64,000 nucleotides of DNA from Eledone cirrhosa. Lineage: Eukaryota. This document shows positions 24,580 to 37,356 of this stretch, piece after piece (position 1 is the stretch's first letter; every line of letters starts with the position of its first letter). A program made the translations under genes and the position numbers. The stretch lies in assembly GCA_964016885.1 (NCBI GenBank), contig OZ024745.1, positions 44,764,001 through 44,828,000 on the forward strand, in the 5' to 3' direction. Below the pieces are notes generated by a model, which saw only the letters and a program-made list of their open reading frames with translations, searched no databases and was not told where the DNA came from.

Positions 24580-26189
24580 TGTGTGTGTCTGCTGTGCAGA
24601 GACCGAGGAGGCTACTAATCATGGAAGTACTCAATGCATGGGGAGTGGGTATAGAGAGGCAGAGTGGGTATAGAGATATGTAAAATCCCAACTACGACAC
24701 CAAGGTGAAACCATTTGGTGCCGCAGTTGAGATTATACCTCTCTCTCTCTCTCAATATATTGGGTTGTAACATAAACTCCCGGCGTTGTTATAAAACTTC
24801 TTAATAAACAAACAGCGGGAATTAATGTTAGAATCCGGAGCATACTTGTTAGATATTCAACAAATTACCAACAGTTCACTTAAACTCGTGTCCCAGTAAT
24901 TCCATTCTCTGTTACTCCTGCTTTCCCCATCTCTCACTATTATGAGCAAATGAGGGCCCAGGTGCTGGCTGCCCATGGCCCTGGCAGGCAGAATAGAGAA
25001 GGCATTTCCTTGGAGGATGGTGAGGAATATGTGCTGGAAGATCCATTCCAGCTATTCTGTTTCTATAGACACACACACATATTTGTTCTCCACATGTGAA
25101 AGCATGTGGGCTAGGGGTTGGGGTGTTGAACTTACGATCATAATGTCATGGGCTTCATTCCTGGACTGATAAATACATGTATTTATTCATACATACATAC
25201 ATATATGAGTCAAAACAGGCATATTTACACTCCCAATTATGTATATGCATGCAAACATACACACGTGGGTAGATACATATTTTGTTACCAGATATGTACT
25301 TGCATATTTTGTTAAGATATGAGGCTACTGTAGAGAATATCTTCTGTAAAAAGCTAAATATGTATTTCATGGTATGGTAGCAATATAACAGTGTAGATAG
25401 CTTTACTTGATGGAGGATTAACTGCCTTAATTTTTATCTATCGCAGGAAAGGAAAGTACTCAGAATATGGAATATGCAGAAATTTGCTAAACCAGTTGGA
25501 ATAAGATGAAAAACAAAGTATGATAATATGTTACATTTAGATTTGTGGAGGTGATAAAGAAAAATATATGACTGAAAGCTTCACTTAAAGAAATCTTGTT
25601 TTAAGGAAATCCTAAATTATTGCTCTGAAATTTAGGGATGGATGAATAATAATTGAAAGAGTAGAATAATTATATCGAAATTTATACTTTTACTCAACCA
25701 AGAAACATTTAAGGATTCCAGACATGAATTTAGTTAATAAAACTAAAGTAGCAAACATATGAAGTGATGAAATTATGAATACATTGAAAGATATAAAAAT
25801 TGGAAAGACATCAGGTATAGAGGAAATGTTTATTGAGATATAATGATGGTAGGGCAGTTTGTAGGCAAGAAGCATATCTTCTTCTTCTTTGCTTATTTAT
25901 TCCTGGGAAGATCATGGAAGCAACTGTCTGCAATTGATTCAGTTGGATTCTCAAGCACGACCAGCAGAGCTTATGGATGTTATCCAACCATCTTGCTTGG
26001 GGTCTAATCCTGCTTAGGGCCTAACTATGCTTGGGGTCAAATCAGTTGGTTTTGCCCATAAAATCTGTCCAGTGATTCTTTCCTGAGACATTCTAAACAC
26101 ATGTCCGCAAATGTGATCTCTCAATTCGGAGAGCCTTCAATAGCATTGAAATTACAGTTATGCTTGAAGCTGTTATTGATCAAGGATAA

Positions 26190-26520
26190 TAAAGAGCCCC
26201 TTCAGTCATGAATGACCATGATGTTTGTACCTGGAAAATTCCCCTGCAAGGCACAAGGTATTTATGTGGAAGATCAGCAGTCGTCCATGCATACCAGTCT
26301 CCCCTCTCCATGCCATTGATGTTTTCCAAGGAAAAAGCAAAGGTTGATACAGCTTGGCACCAGTGAAATCAAAACTCATTTTTCCAGCTGAGTGAAATGG
26401 AGCAATGTGAAATAAAGTGTATTGCTCAAGAACACAATGCATCGCCCAATCCTGGAAATGAACTCACAACCTCACAATTATAAGCCCAATGCACAAACCA
26501 CTAAGGCAGATACCTTCTTC
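26190..26520 (-). mobile_element. Second-family SINE, long degenerate copy
   Basis: Shares GGAGCAA.GTGAAATAAAGTGT.TTGCTCAAG with 23590-23712. Confidence 0.7.
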
Positions 26521-27032
26521 TTGATGAGGAAATACATTAAACATATTCAAATTATTATGAAAATATTAAGGAAACACCATCTAAAAGACTTCATAGAGAA
26601 AGAGATATATACAAGCCTTCCAGTGCTAAGGGGCTTTTGGGGCTTAAGCCCCTCCAATAATTTGTTTCAGTATATTTGTGCTTTGAGTTTTACTACATTG
26701 ATTTCCTATTGACTCTAAATATGTTAGTATAATCATGTTTTTAATTTCTTTCTTAGTATCACCGTATTGGTGATAAGCAAGTGTGAGCTAATAATAATAA
26801 TACACATGTACAGTATATATACTTAAGCTTCTCTAATCCTAAAACTGTAATGGAAGATCTGATATATTGAGAGAAGAGTAAAGCAAAAGGATATAGTATA
26901 AGCTAAACTCTTTAATTTTGCAATGGAAGACATATCTTTAAAAACCTTAACTAGAATTTAAAAGAAAAAAATAACAATGGTGAATTTTTAAGTAATTTAA
27001 GTTACTTATACATACATACATGCATACATATA

Positions 27033-27393
27033 TAACTGCCTCAATACAAATCTTGAGATGCTAGGCTTCACAGGAACAGAAAGAACACAACTAGTTAGGA
27101 AACTACAAGTACAATCCATTAATGGAACAGTAAAAATATGTAAAACATTCCAAAAATTTTGCATCTAATAACTGCATATACACATGTACAGATACAAAGC
27201 ATATACACATGCACACATACAACTCAAAACATCCACATCCACACATACAATAACATCCATATCTACACATGCATGCATACATACATATCTACCTAGTTGA
27301 TGTGTAAATTCCAATGAGAGAGTCTTGTGTCTATGTTAGAAACCGACTCTCTCTATATTGGTAAAACTTTGTGAAATTATAAAACCAGAAGAA
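27033..27393 (+). mobile_element. R4/Dong-like non-LTR element 3' end in (TACA)n context
   Basis: NCLNTNLEMLGFTGTERTQLVRKLQVQSINGTVKICKTFQKFCI* followed by a 3' UTR; flanked by CATA repeats. Confidence 0.65.
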
Positions 27394-28139
27394 CATACAT
27401 ACAGACGTAAATACAGTCATACATACACAAATACATATATAAACATACATACATGCATACATAATACATATACATATACATACACATATACGTATGTTTA
27501 GTAATCTAATTTCAGTATGACTTCTAGAATAGTTATTGAACAAAATACTGTCTTGTTTTGGTTATCATGACCCCACCACCACCGTCACCACTACCACTGT
27601 CACCACCACCACCATGATAACCACAACATAGAATGCATTGACATCCTTAACCATCCCTAATAAGTGTTACTTTTGTTTTTATTTATTTCTCATAGAGGTG
27701 GGTGTGGTGGTAGTGTGCAGGGTAAGGAGGGAGGGTTGGGTTCATATTATTGATCAAATGTCACCACCAGGGAACACCACTGGCTTCTCTCATCCACAAA
27801 GGAACAACAACAACAACAACATGTAAATTAAAAATAAACACAAAAAAACAAACAAACAAATAACACAACAATCATATCAGAAGTGAAAAATTGCATATAT
27901 GAATATTAATGAGTCTGTGTATCATTTAGCCCTTTAGACCAATGGCGCCATCTGTTGGCTTAATCACATGAAATTCTGAAGTTAACAGTCTCGGGCAGGG
28001 ATTCCCAACATTTTTTGCGTCATCACCTACTTCACATGGAAAAATTTTCCACCGCCCACCTGTATGGTGAATACTCAAAAGCATACCAAAAATGTTTGGT
28101 AAAAATTTCTGACTGGTTTGTTATTCCCATTTAGCCTTC

Positions 28140-28690
28140 TGTTTTTTTTCTCTTATACAAGTTCTTTGCATACCTGAGAAGAGAAACCATAATACTCAAA
28201 ATCCTATACTGTCCACCCACAAAAAGCCATGGTGACCCTGACCACCAGGGCAAGTACCCTCTCCCAGTTTTCCACCTCCAATCTATAGGCGCATACTCAG
28301 AGCAGACCCATTCACTCGGGCCATGCTTCGCCTCTCTCACCCATCTTTCAACAAACTGCTGGGAAGGGAGTACTTTCCTCTCCACCCTGATTTTTCTTTT
28401 CAAATGAAATTTGAAAAAGTTAATCAGAGCTTCGCCGAAAAAGTAAGTACTCAACTTCAACCATTTCAAACGTGTCCACCATACAACCTCTTTCGCCTTA
28501 GCCAACAGGCAGATAAAAACTGCCTGCCCTTCCTGGCTAAAGGAAGGCAGCAGGGCAGTCTTCACAATGGACTCAGCTTATAGCTGGATCCATCCTACAC
28601 GGTTATTTTCAATGTCAGCTGCCTGTAAACAGCCGACATTCAACATACTCTCTGCTTCTCTCTCTCCCTATAAACAGTTTCAGAAGCGTA
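28140..28690 (-). mobile_element. Tx1/L1-like LINE ORF2 C-terminus and 3' UTR
   Basis: AVFICLLAKAKEVVWWTRLK...FFKFHLKRKIRVERKVL..FVERWV resembles the L1/Tx1 ORF2 end; A-rich 3' end. Confidence 0.6.
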
Positions 28691-28744
28691 ACATGATGCC
28701 TCCATGATTCTTTTATACAATCAAATAAAATTTTACAGGAATAA

Positions 28745-28852
28745 GTGAAGGAGGAGGAGGCAAAGAAGAAGAAGGAAGAAGAAGAAGAAGAAGAAGAAAA
28801 GGAAAAAGAAAAAGAAGAAGAAGAAGAAGAAGAAGAAGGAAGAAGGAAGAAG
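28745..28852. repeat. (GAA)n purine tract
   Basis: Visible directly. Confidence 0.9.
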
Positions 28853-29719
28853 GGCTCTAGTAGAAAACGCTTGGTCAAGGTACCATGCAGCAAGACTGAA
28901 CCCAGAACCGACTGGTTGTGAAGCAAACCCCTTAACCAAATACACTGAAGAAGATATAGATATATTATTGTTGAAACAATAACATTTTTCTTTATATTTT
29001 CTTTATTGTTAGAAATAAGTGTTATCAACATTATCATAGTTGGCGGCATGAAACTAAAATCAAGACTTAGCATGTCAACTGTTATAATTCTTTCACTTCA
29101 TTTACTCAGCACAATCTAATGAGGGAAATATCAACAACAACAATGGAGAACCTGTTGTCCACATTCAAATCTGAAACCACCTGTTGCTGAAGTCTCTAAA
29201 ATCACATATACCCCGCCCCCCCCAAAAAAAACCCCAACAAAAAACAGTTTAAGCCTTTAGATTAACAATAATTTTAATATAAATTGCATATTTATGAATT
29301 TGTAAAATTTAAAATACATTTTGGAGTTGTATTTGTCTGGCAAGTGACTTGATCTGAGACTGTGTTGAAAATAAAGCAATTACAGCATGTAAGAGTCATT
29401 TTAGCCATTTAAAAACACACAAAAACTAATAAGTTTATATTTATACATATCATTTATTTCTTGGTGTGAGTTGCTATGTAACTGTGTGAGTGACCAGGTT
29501 GTAAATAATATGAGAAAAATTTTGACACCAAGATATATATGATAAATATAAAGTAAATAGATTTTGAGCATTAAATAGCTAAAAAGAATTGTCCATGCAG
29601 TAATTACTGAAATACATTGTTTTACTCAGTACAGATGTTTTGCCACAACCTTTTATGCACTTGTCATTCACTACTGGTTCTAAAAAGACTCCACCGTCCC
29701 ATGCCTTTGTCGATATGTA

Positions 29720-30020
29720 TGTATATATGGTCCAGTAACTCCTGATAGAGTTGTAGTGGCGCTGTATTGACATACAGCATTTCTTGGGGAATTTTAAGCC
29801 TGGCAGAGCCCATCTGTCTCCAGACACGAGTGCAGCAGATTTCTTCAAGAGAGAGAGGAAGAATCGACCCAGTACTAGATAGACTGGTACTTTTTTTTAT
29901 TGACCTCAAAAGGATGAAAGGCAAAGTTGACCTCAGCAGGATTTGAGAACAGAGAGCCAGAATGAATAATATAAAGCATTCTATCTGACGTTCTAACAGC
30001 TCTGCCAATTTGCCACCTTT
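29720..30020 (-). mobile_element. tRNA-derived SINE with alternative 3' tail (as 13737-14100)
   Basis: GGATGAAAGGCAAAGTTGACCTC core on the plus strand, plus shared tail. Confidence 0.75.
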
Positions 30021-30900
30021 AGTTGATATACCTGCTAGAAATAGTGAACAAATTTTCCTCAAATCACATCTAAATATCTGAAATAAAGAAAACCACAAGA
30101 AAAAAATACAATATAGTTCCTGATATACATAATAATGGAATAATCATGGCTGGAATATTTGATTGATGGGACAAAACAACAATCTCCATAACTTGCAAAG
30201 ACACAGAAAAACGTGAATATAACAAAATTCTATTCTTCTTTCTCACCAATATAAAACATGGTGGCTAGTGATAATGAAGCAATATTCTTGGCACCAGGTA
30301 TATTAAAGATAAATAGCCATACAATAAAATAAACAGTTCTAGACATATAGGTACTGTTTGATGAAGATTCATTAATTAGACATGATGATAAATTCAAAAA
30401 ATATCTGTGATTTTCTGTTTAGCTTCTGTCATCGTATTTTCTTTTCATGAGAGAAGACAGTAGATACAAGAAATATATACTGATAGAATGATAAATAGAT
30501 AAGAGCAGAATGATAAAGTAGATTACACCTCTCTTTCTCTCTCTCTCTCACACACACACTAAGGCATACTTATGTACACTACTTTTCTTAGATTCTGTTT
30601 TTTAGTCATAATTATATGTAGGTATACTTGTATGAGAGATTGTATATGAATATATTTATGTATAGAACAGTCATTCTCAATGAAGATCCATTTTTTCTCC
30701 TATGTAAATGAGAGATAAATAGATAGAGAGGGGGAGAGATGGTAAGAGAGAGAGAGGGTGTGAGAGAGAAATATTAGGGTAAAGAGTTAGTGAGGGTACA
30801 CAAAAGGTTTAGTGGGATAACAGACAGACTAACAGGAAAGGAAGACTTTGTATGTAGTAGATAATCAGGGTGAATTGATAGTAAGAGTGCCAATAATAAT

Positions 30901-31000
30901 TGTTTATACTTTTGGCACAAGGGCAGCAATTACCCAGTACATTACTGGTACTTTATTTTATCGTCCGACTCTCTACCAATACAGCCAATCCACTGCCCTT
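30901..31000 (-). mobile_element. Internally deleted SINE with 14-bp TSD
   Basis: GTGCCAATAATAAT at 30887-30900 and 31001-31014. Head and tail present, B-box/core missing. Confidence 0.85.
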
Positions 31001-31047
31001 GTGCCAATAATAATGATAAAATAAATAATACAAACCTTTTCTAATCC

Positions 31048-31470
31048 CAGGAAGGATCCATAGAAGTGGTTGATAGCTTCAGCTACCTAGGTGATATAAT
31101 TAGCAGTAGAGGAGGGTACTCTGAGAGCATAGTAGCTAGAAAAAGGACTGGATGGAAGATGTTTAGGGAACTGCTACCCCTGTTAACATTAAAATGTTTT
31201 TCTCTATGAATGAAAGATTGGATGTATGATTCCTGTGTGAGACATGCAAAGTGCCACAGAGGGACACGGGCAGCAAAAATTGAGGACATGCAAAGACTGA
31301 AGAGAAGTGAGGTAGTATGCTTCGATGGATATGCAATGTTAATGCACATGATCACGAATACAAGTGGCCAAAATGAGGTTCCACCAAAGGGTCTGTGGAG
31401 TAATGTTACTTGATAGAGTGTGTAGATCAGAGAGTCACTCCAGGTAGAGCTGCTACTTCTCCGAATTGAT
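31048..31470 (+). pseudogene. Old RTE RT fragments from two families, juxtaposed
   Basis: GSIEVVDSFSYLGDIISS..GWKMFRELLPLL, then a Rex3-like piece homologous to 12375-12490. Confidence 0.72.
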
Positions 31471-32088
31471 CACTGTAAATATCGAAATTTGAAATGTGTG
31501 TCCTAATGAAAATGACCATAATAATAGTTGACCATGGTAAATATTGAAATTTAAAATATATACATCATATGCATATGGTCATTTGTGTTGGGATGCACAC
31601 ATTTCAAAATAAAGTGAAATGTATTCATAGACTTTACTTGAAACATTTAATTTCCCATCTGCCCACGCTACACTAACATATACTTTCCTATAGACATTAT
31701 GTAATCAAGTAGTTGCATGAATTATATCTGTATTTCTAATCAAGTTTATTTGTCTTGAGAAAGGCAGAACACTGAGTATCCAGTCAGAATCCAACATGTT
31801 TCCATGGTTCTAGAATTCTGCTTGTGATCAACTCATCCATTATCATTGTACAGAATATTACATGGGAATTTTTTGTTCAGTTATATAACTTCCTGTGTGG
31901 AACTTTGCAGTATTGATTTATTTCCCAAAGATGAGACTACCATTGTGATGTAGCAGATTATCATCTTGTATATATCTAGTGTTCATACTAGCTATCAAGT
32001 AGCATTTTAATGTAGTTTATCTTGAAAGCCATATTTGAACTGTACAGCTTATTGTTAATACAATATGTACTGTTGTCATGGTAACTAT

Positions 32089-32154
32089 ACTAACACTAAT
32101 ACTAATCCTAATTCTAACTTTAACCTTAACCCTAATTTTAATTCTAACATTAAC
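32089..32154. repeat. Degenerate (CCCTAA)-like hexamer run
   Basis: CTAA/TTAA recurs every 6 nt; only one perfect AACCCTAA. Confidence 0.55.
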
Positions 32155-32456
32155 GCTCACATATTCATTTTTCTACACCTCTACTTTCACCTAAACAAAC
32201 AATAAATCACAAAATGTTTTTAAACAAGTTTTATCTCGTTTATTGTATTTTATTATATTCTAGCATTTCCTCATAACTCCCCATAGCTTACTTTTCTTAC
32301 CTTGTTCTGAGCCACACATTACAAACAATAAAGATGTACTGTTATCTATTTATTGTAACACTTTGTTTACTTATTCAATGAACTGAACTTGTAATTTGTT
32401 CTTTCCACTTTAGAAATTGTTTGCCCATCTTATTGCTATTGTTATATCATATAGTA

Positions 32457-33032
32457 GGGCGGTGGATTAGCAAAATTAGTAGAGCATCGGACAATATACT
32501 TTGCAGCATAAAGTTACGGACTCTTATGTTCTGAGTTCAAATCCTGCCGAGGTTAACTTTGCCTTTCATCCTTACGGGGTAGTACCAGTAACGCACTAGC
32601 GTTGATTTAATCGACTTTCCGCTCCCCTTCAAATTGCTGGTCTTTTGCTTAAAGTAGAAACCATTATTATATCATATAGCAAATGATGGACTGGGAGAGC
32701 ATTGGATAAAATGCCACTGCAGTATTTATTCTGGTGTTCAAATCCCATCAGGGTCAACTTTGCCTTTCATCCTCCTAAGGTTAATAAAATAAAGTACCAG
32801 TCAAGTACTGGGGTTAATTTAATCAGCTTAGCCTTTCACCCAAATTTGCTAGCTTTGTGCCTAAATTAGAAACAATTATTATATTGCGCATAGAGTACGG
32901 CCCTTGCCATTCTGAGTTCAAATCCCGCCGAGGTTAACTTTGCCTTTCATCCTTACGGGGTCGATAAAATAAACTACCAGTAATACACTGGGTAATTGCT
33001 GGCCTTGTGCCAAAAGTAGAAACAATTATTAT
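32457..33032 (+). mobile_element. Cluster of three head-to-tail tRNA-derived SINEs
   Basis: Three GTTCAAATCC..AACTTTGCCTTTCATCC cores. First copy has TSD TTATATCATATAG (32442-32454 / 32667-32679). Confidence 0.88.
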
Positions 33033-33179
33033 ATCACAGACAAAAACATTTTTTATATATCATGGAATTACTGATAATGTGGATTAAAACTTCTATTTTG
33101 TTTGTATTATAGATCATTCATATTTTTGACAAATGTTATCTGATACACCATACTGGTAAATACAAGTACCACAATAAAA

Positions 33180-33500
33180 AGTACCCAGTCTGCTCTGTGA
33201 TGTGGTAGTGCTGGAATCCTGATAAAATGCTCACAGTACACACTGTAAATTGGAAGATCATCCTACCATAGAAATTATGCTCCCAGAACATGCTGTAAAG
33301 TGGTTGATGTTAGGAAAAGCATCCTACCATTGAAACGATGCTCTCAGTATTTGCTGTAAAGCAGTTGATGTTAGGAAGAGCTTCACCCCACAGAAACCAG
33401 GCTCCCAGTACATGCTGTAAAGTGGTTGATGTTAGGAATGGTATCACCCCACGGAAACCAAGCTCTTAGTACATGCTGTAAAGTGGTTGGTGTTAGCAGG
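33180..33500 (+). repeat. ~61-bp minisatellite derived from the RTE 3' UTR
   Basis: CTGTAAA at 33293, 33354, 33415 and 33476; unit contains GTGGTTGATGTTAGGAA..GCATCC. Confidence 0.8.
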
Positions 33501-35429
33501 ACCCAGTCACTTGACCAGTCTGGCCATCAGGACCCAATCACTTGACCCATTTAACCAATGCAATCATGGAAAATAGATGCTAAACTGTGATAATGTATGT
33601 TTTCTTTTAGTCTTTTATTATGATTCCATTGATATCTAAGATGTATTATGGTAATATAAGTTAACCCTGGTACTTGGCTGGAACTATATTTTATTGATTC
33701 CAGAAGTAGATTGTACAGAGATTTGAATTCTGAATATAAAGTACAACGGTCTATAAATAATTACAGGGAGGTATTTTGTCTGATACTCTACTGATTCTGC
33801 CAATCGATGTCATTAATTTGTTTTAACAGTTGGTATTAGTTTCCTTATGATAGCAATAGTCATCTCTTTTCCTTTGACATGTTTCCATTTTCCTAGTTTC
33901 GTTCCTGGTTTTCATCAGTTTGGAAGCTTTTGTTTTATTTAACCAATTATCTTCTAATTTAGTTTTACTGAAGAAAGGACTTGTGTTTTAGATGTCTGAT
34001 TGCAGCAACCTAATTTCTAGCTTTGTATTAACAATTATCTTCCACTGAATCCTATCCATGCTAGTGTGGAAAATGAACATTAACCGATGATGATGATCAT
34101 GAGAACTGAAGTATGTGTGACTGTATCAAAATATAACAATAGGGAGAAAGACAACAAAAAATGTATCATTTTAACTAAAACAAAAACTAAACAAACTACA
34201 AACTTTTATTTGTATTCGAATCTGCATTAGGAAATAGGAGTGACTGTTTGTCGGCAATGTGTTGTAAGTGTGTTAGTCCATTAAGTCAATATTAGATATG
34301 TTATAGTTATTATCCACTTATTTCCTTATTAATTCCTTATTGTCATTTTTCTGGCACACACTATTATTTAATGGGGTTTATATCCAGTTATGACTCTTTC
34401 TCTGCTGTTAGTCATCACTCCCTCACCCCCAGGCTATTTGTTATCAACATCCATCACACTCTCATACCATCGCTCCTCCATACTTCTATCCTTCATGAGC
34501 TGGCTTTCTCTCACTCACAAGCAAACATGTTGCTGGAATTACTGTCTCTCATCCATTACTCCCTATAGCACTATCTCTCTAACATTGCTTTCCCCTCAGC
34601 CCTCTCTCACCCAAATTACTCTGCTTCTCCCACCATACTCTTGTCCCATTCACCCACTTATTCAGGTTCTTCTTCTATCATTTGTCTCTTTGGTTAAGTC
34701 TTCAATGAACAGACACAACATTGAGTAGTGAGTAATCTTTAGTCTTGTCAATGACAACAACATTTGTTGTGTTGGTGTCAATAAATTGCATTCAAGACAC
34801 CCTGTAAAGTGGTTTGTTTGGAAACAGGAATTCTGCTAAAAATAGAACTTATAAGCAAGGCATGATTCTCTAACCTGTCTCAGTGGTTGTGGTGGTAATG
34901 GGGTAATAACATCCAATAAAAATTGACTTGGACTGTATACCAGATTGGAAAGCAAATGTAAAATGCTGCTGCTACTGCTGCTGCTGATTGTTTATTCCTC
35001 TGATCTTTCCATTTCAGCAGAGGGACAAAATATTAAGTTAAATATTAGTTGGATGCTATAGAATTATAGACAACTGATCAGTCCATCCATTATATACAAC
35101 ACTGTCATTCTATCATAAATCTATTATTCTATGTTTAACTCTTAACATCCTGTAATGGTTTAACAGAAAATATATCTAAAAATTTGTTCGTTAATTCCAA
35201 TGTTTGTAGTATCCTTACTAGAGAACAGATTGTTGTGATATTAGAGTAAAGAGTTTAATTTTCAATGTATGGCAGTCATAGTTCTAGTTTATACTCTTTC
35301 AAGAATGTCTTTATTAATGTGGTACAGATCGTTAAGAGTTGAAACCAGTGTAATGCGCAGGACAGGATTAACTGTACGGATATATATCTTATTCATTTTC
35401 TCTTTTTCTTTGTCCACTTCCTGAGAGGG

Positions 35430-35718
35430 TTGTGGTAGCAGAGTTCTTAAACACTCTTTCCAGTAGATCCTGTCAGAAGCAACCATCTACAAGTGAGACC
35501 AGCTTAGCTCATGGATGTTACCTAACCATCTTGCTAAGGGTCTACTCCTGGGTCACCTGCTGATTGGTTTCGCCTTTAAAATCTGTTCAGCAATTCTTTT
35601 CTGAGATATTCTACATACAAGCCAGTAATATTGGAGCTGTAATCTTTCAATTCAGAGAAGTAGCAGCTCTACCTGGAGCGACTCTTCGATCTCTCAGCTA
35701 CACACTCTATTGAGTAAC
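35430..35718 (-). pseudogene. Rex3/Expander-like RTE fragment
   Basis: Reverse complement homologous to 12410-12580. Confidence 0.6.
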
Positions 35719-35730
35719 ATTATCTGTTAG

Positions 35731-35780
35731 TACCAGTAATGCACTGGGTAATTGCTGGCCTTGTGCCTAAAGTAGAAACA
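35731..35780 (+). mobile_element. 50-bp 5'-truncated SINE tail with 12-bp TSD
   Basis: ATTATCTGTTAG at 35719-35730 and 35781-35792. Confidence 0.85.
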
Positions 35781-36513
35781 ATTATCTGTTAGACACACAG
35801 TGACTAACAACAGAATGTTTTAAGTCTGCATGTCTGACATATATGCGTAGCTTGTGAATAAACATTTCAAGGGGATTCGCTAGTCGTGGTGATCCCTGCC
35901 ACACATCTTTTGTAATGTATCATCTTATTGGCTAATCAACCAATGAGAGTAATTATTGCTCAAAAGCATCCGCCACTTTGTTTGCACGTTTATTTATTGT
36001 TTCGTTTTCGAATCTTCCTCCTGTATTTCGTCGTTTATCATCACCATATTTTCTCGTTTTGGTAAGTTATATTTTTAATTTATAAATGATTTTTTAAATT
36101 TATATTAACTATTTTTTTTTCAGTTCGTTATAACATGCTTATAATATTGGTTGTATCATATTTACTTGTATATTTGTCCATATTATTGTTCGTTTTATGT
36201 TAGATTATTTTTTTATTATTATGTTAGATTATTTTTTTATTATTATGTTAGACTATTTGTATGTAATATTTAATTTTTATTAATTCAACTATAACAATTA
36301 TTATGTAAAATATATTTATTTAATATTGATTGTTTTTTGTAGTTGTTTATATTAAAAGTCTGAAAATATTTTTATACATCTTACAATAATATTTATAAGA
36401 TCATTTATAAAATAACAATTATATAATCTAATTACATTACAATGATAATTTATTATTAATATATATAATGTTTAACTAGAGTTATTACAAGCGTTGCCTT
36501 AAAAAAATATTAA

Positions 36514-36957
36514 ACTAGACCTGAAAAATGCGCAAGCTCAAAAGAGCCACAGAATGTTATAATAAACATTCAAAAGTGTGGGACTAGAGTTGTTGCTCAA
36601 AAATATTGTAATCATTATCTATCGTACACTCTGTGGCATCCTTTTATAAAAAAGAGACTCATAATGAACTCAAGATGACATGATAATTATTTAAGTGAAT
36701 TTATAATATAGAATTCGGTTTAAGTGCATTTCGTATTAATCATTACTAAACATCTAATATGAGATATTGAACATTAGCTTAAATAATTATTGTGTCGTCT
36801 TGAGTTCGTTATGAGTCTCTTTTTTATAAAAGGATGCCACAGAGTGTACGATAGATAATTATTTCAATATTTTTGAGCAACAACTCTAGTCCCACACTTT
36901 TGAAGGTTTATTATAACATTCTGTGGCTCTTTTGAGCTTGCGCATTTTTCAGGTCTA

Positions 36958-36959
<2 letters not shown>
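36514..36959. mobile_element. Foldback element with 182-bp inverted arms
   Basis: 36514-36695 is the reverse complement of 36778-36959 with a few mismatches. Ends ACTAG...CTAGT and abuts (TA)n. Confidence 0.85.
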
Positions 36960-37004
<45 letters not shown>

Positions 37005-37261
37005 AAGTTGGTATATAACTTTAACTTTGCTTCTCTGCATCTCTCTCTATTCATCTATGGCTGCTATCTTCTGTGAAGACAGTAGAACTTTTAATGAGCT
37101 GATTAGATCATATGAGAGAGAGAGTGAGAGAGAGAAAGGGGGAGAGAGAGACAGAAACAGTTATATTTCAAGAAAGTTGTAGGTGTGAAACACACACACA
37201 TATATATAAATATATATCACAGAAAAAAGAGAATCAGTGTTGCAACGAAAGGAATTTATTG

Positions 37262-37356
37262 GACATATTACAATTGTTTCTCGGGTGACCAGCTCGAGGC
37301 ACGATCGATATGGTGATCAAACCTGACTCTGAAATCGTGCGGTCGTCGGATACGTC
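37262..37356 (-). ncRNA. Variant type I hammerhead-like motif, copy B (CCGACGA core, long stem II)
   Basis: Minus strand GACGUAU-CCGACGA-[62 nt]-GAAAC-AAUU-GUA-AUAUGUC-C-AAUAAA. Stem I is 7 bp and stem III is the palindrome ACAAUUGU. Confidence 0.68.

Noticed and set aside
29579-30098. Protein-like ORFs (EEICCTRVWRQMGSARL...) as a possible host exon
   Set aside because: The sequence is the 3' part of a SINE, homologous to 13970-14100.
32089-32154. True telomere or fusion scar
   Set aside because: Short and highly degenerate, with no head-to-head arrangement.
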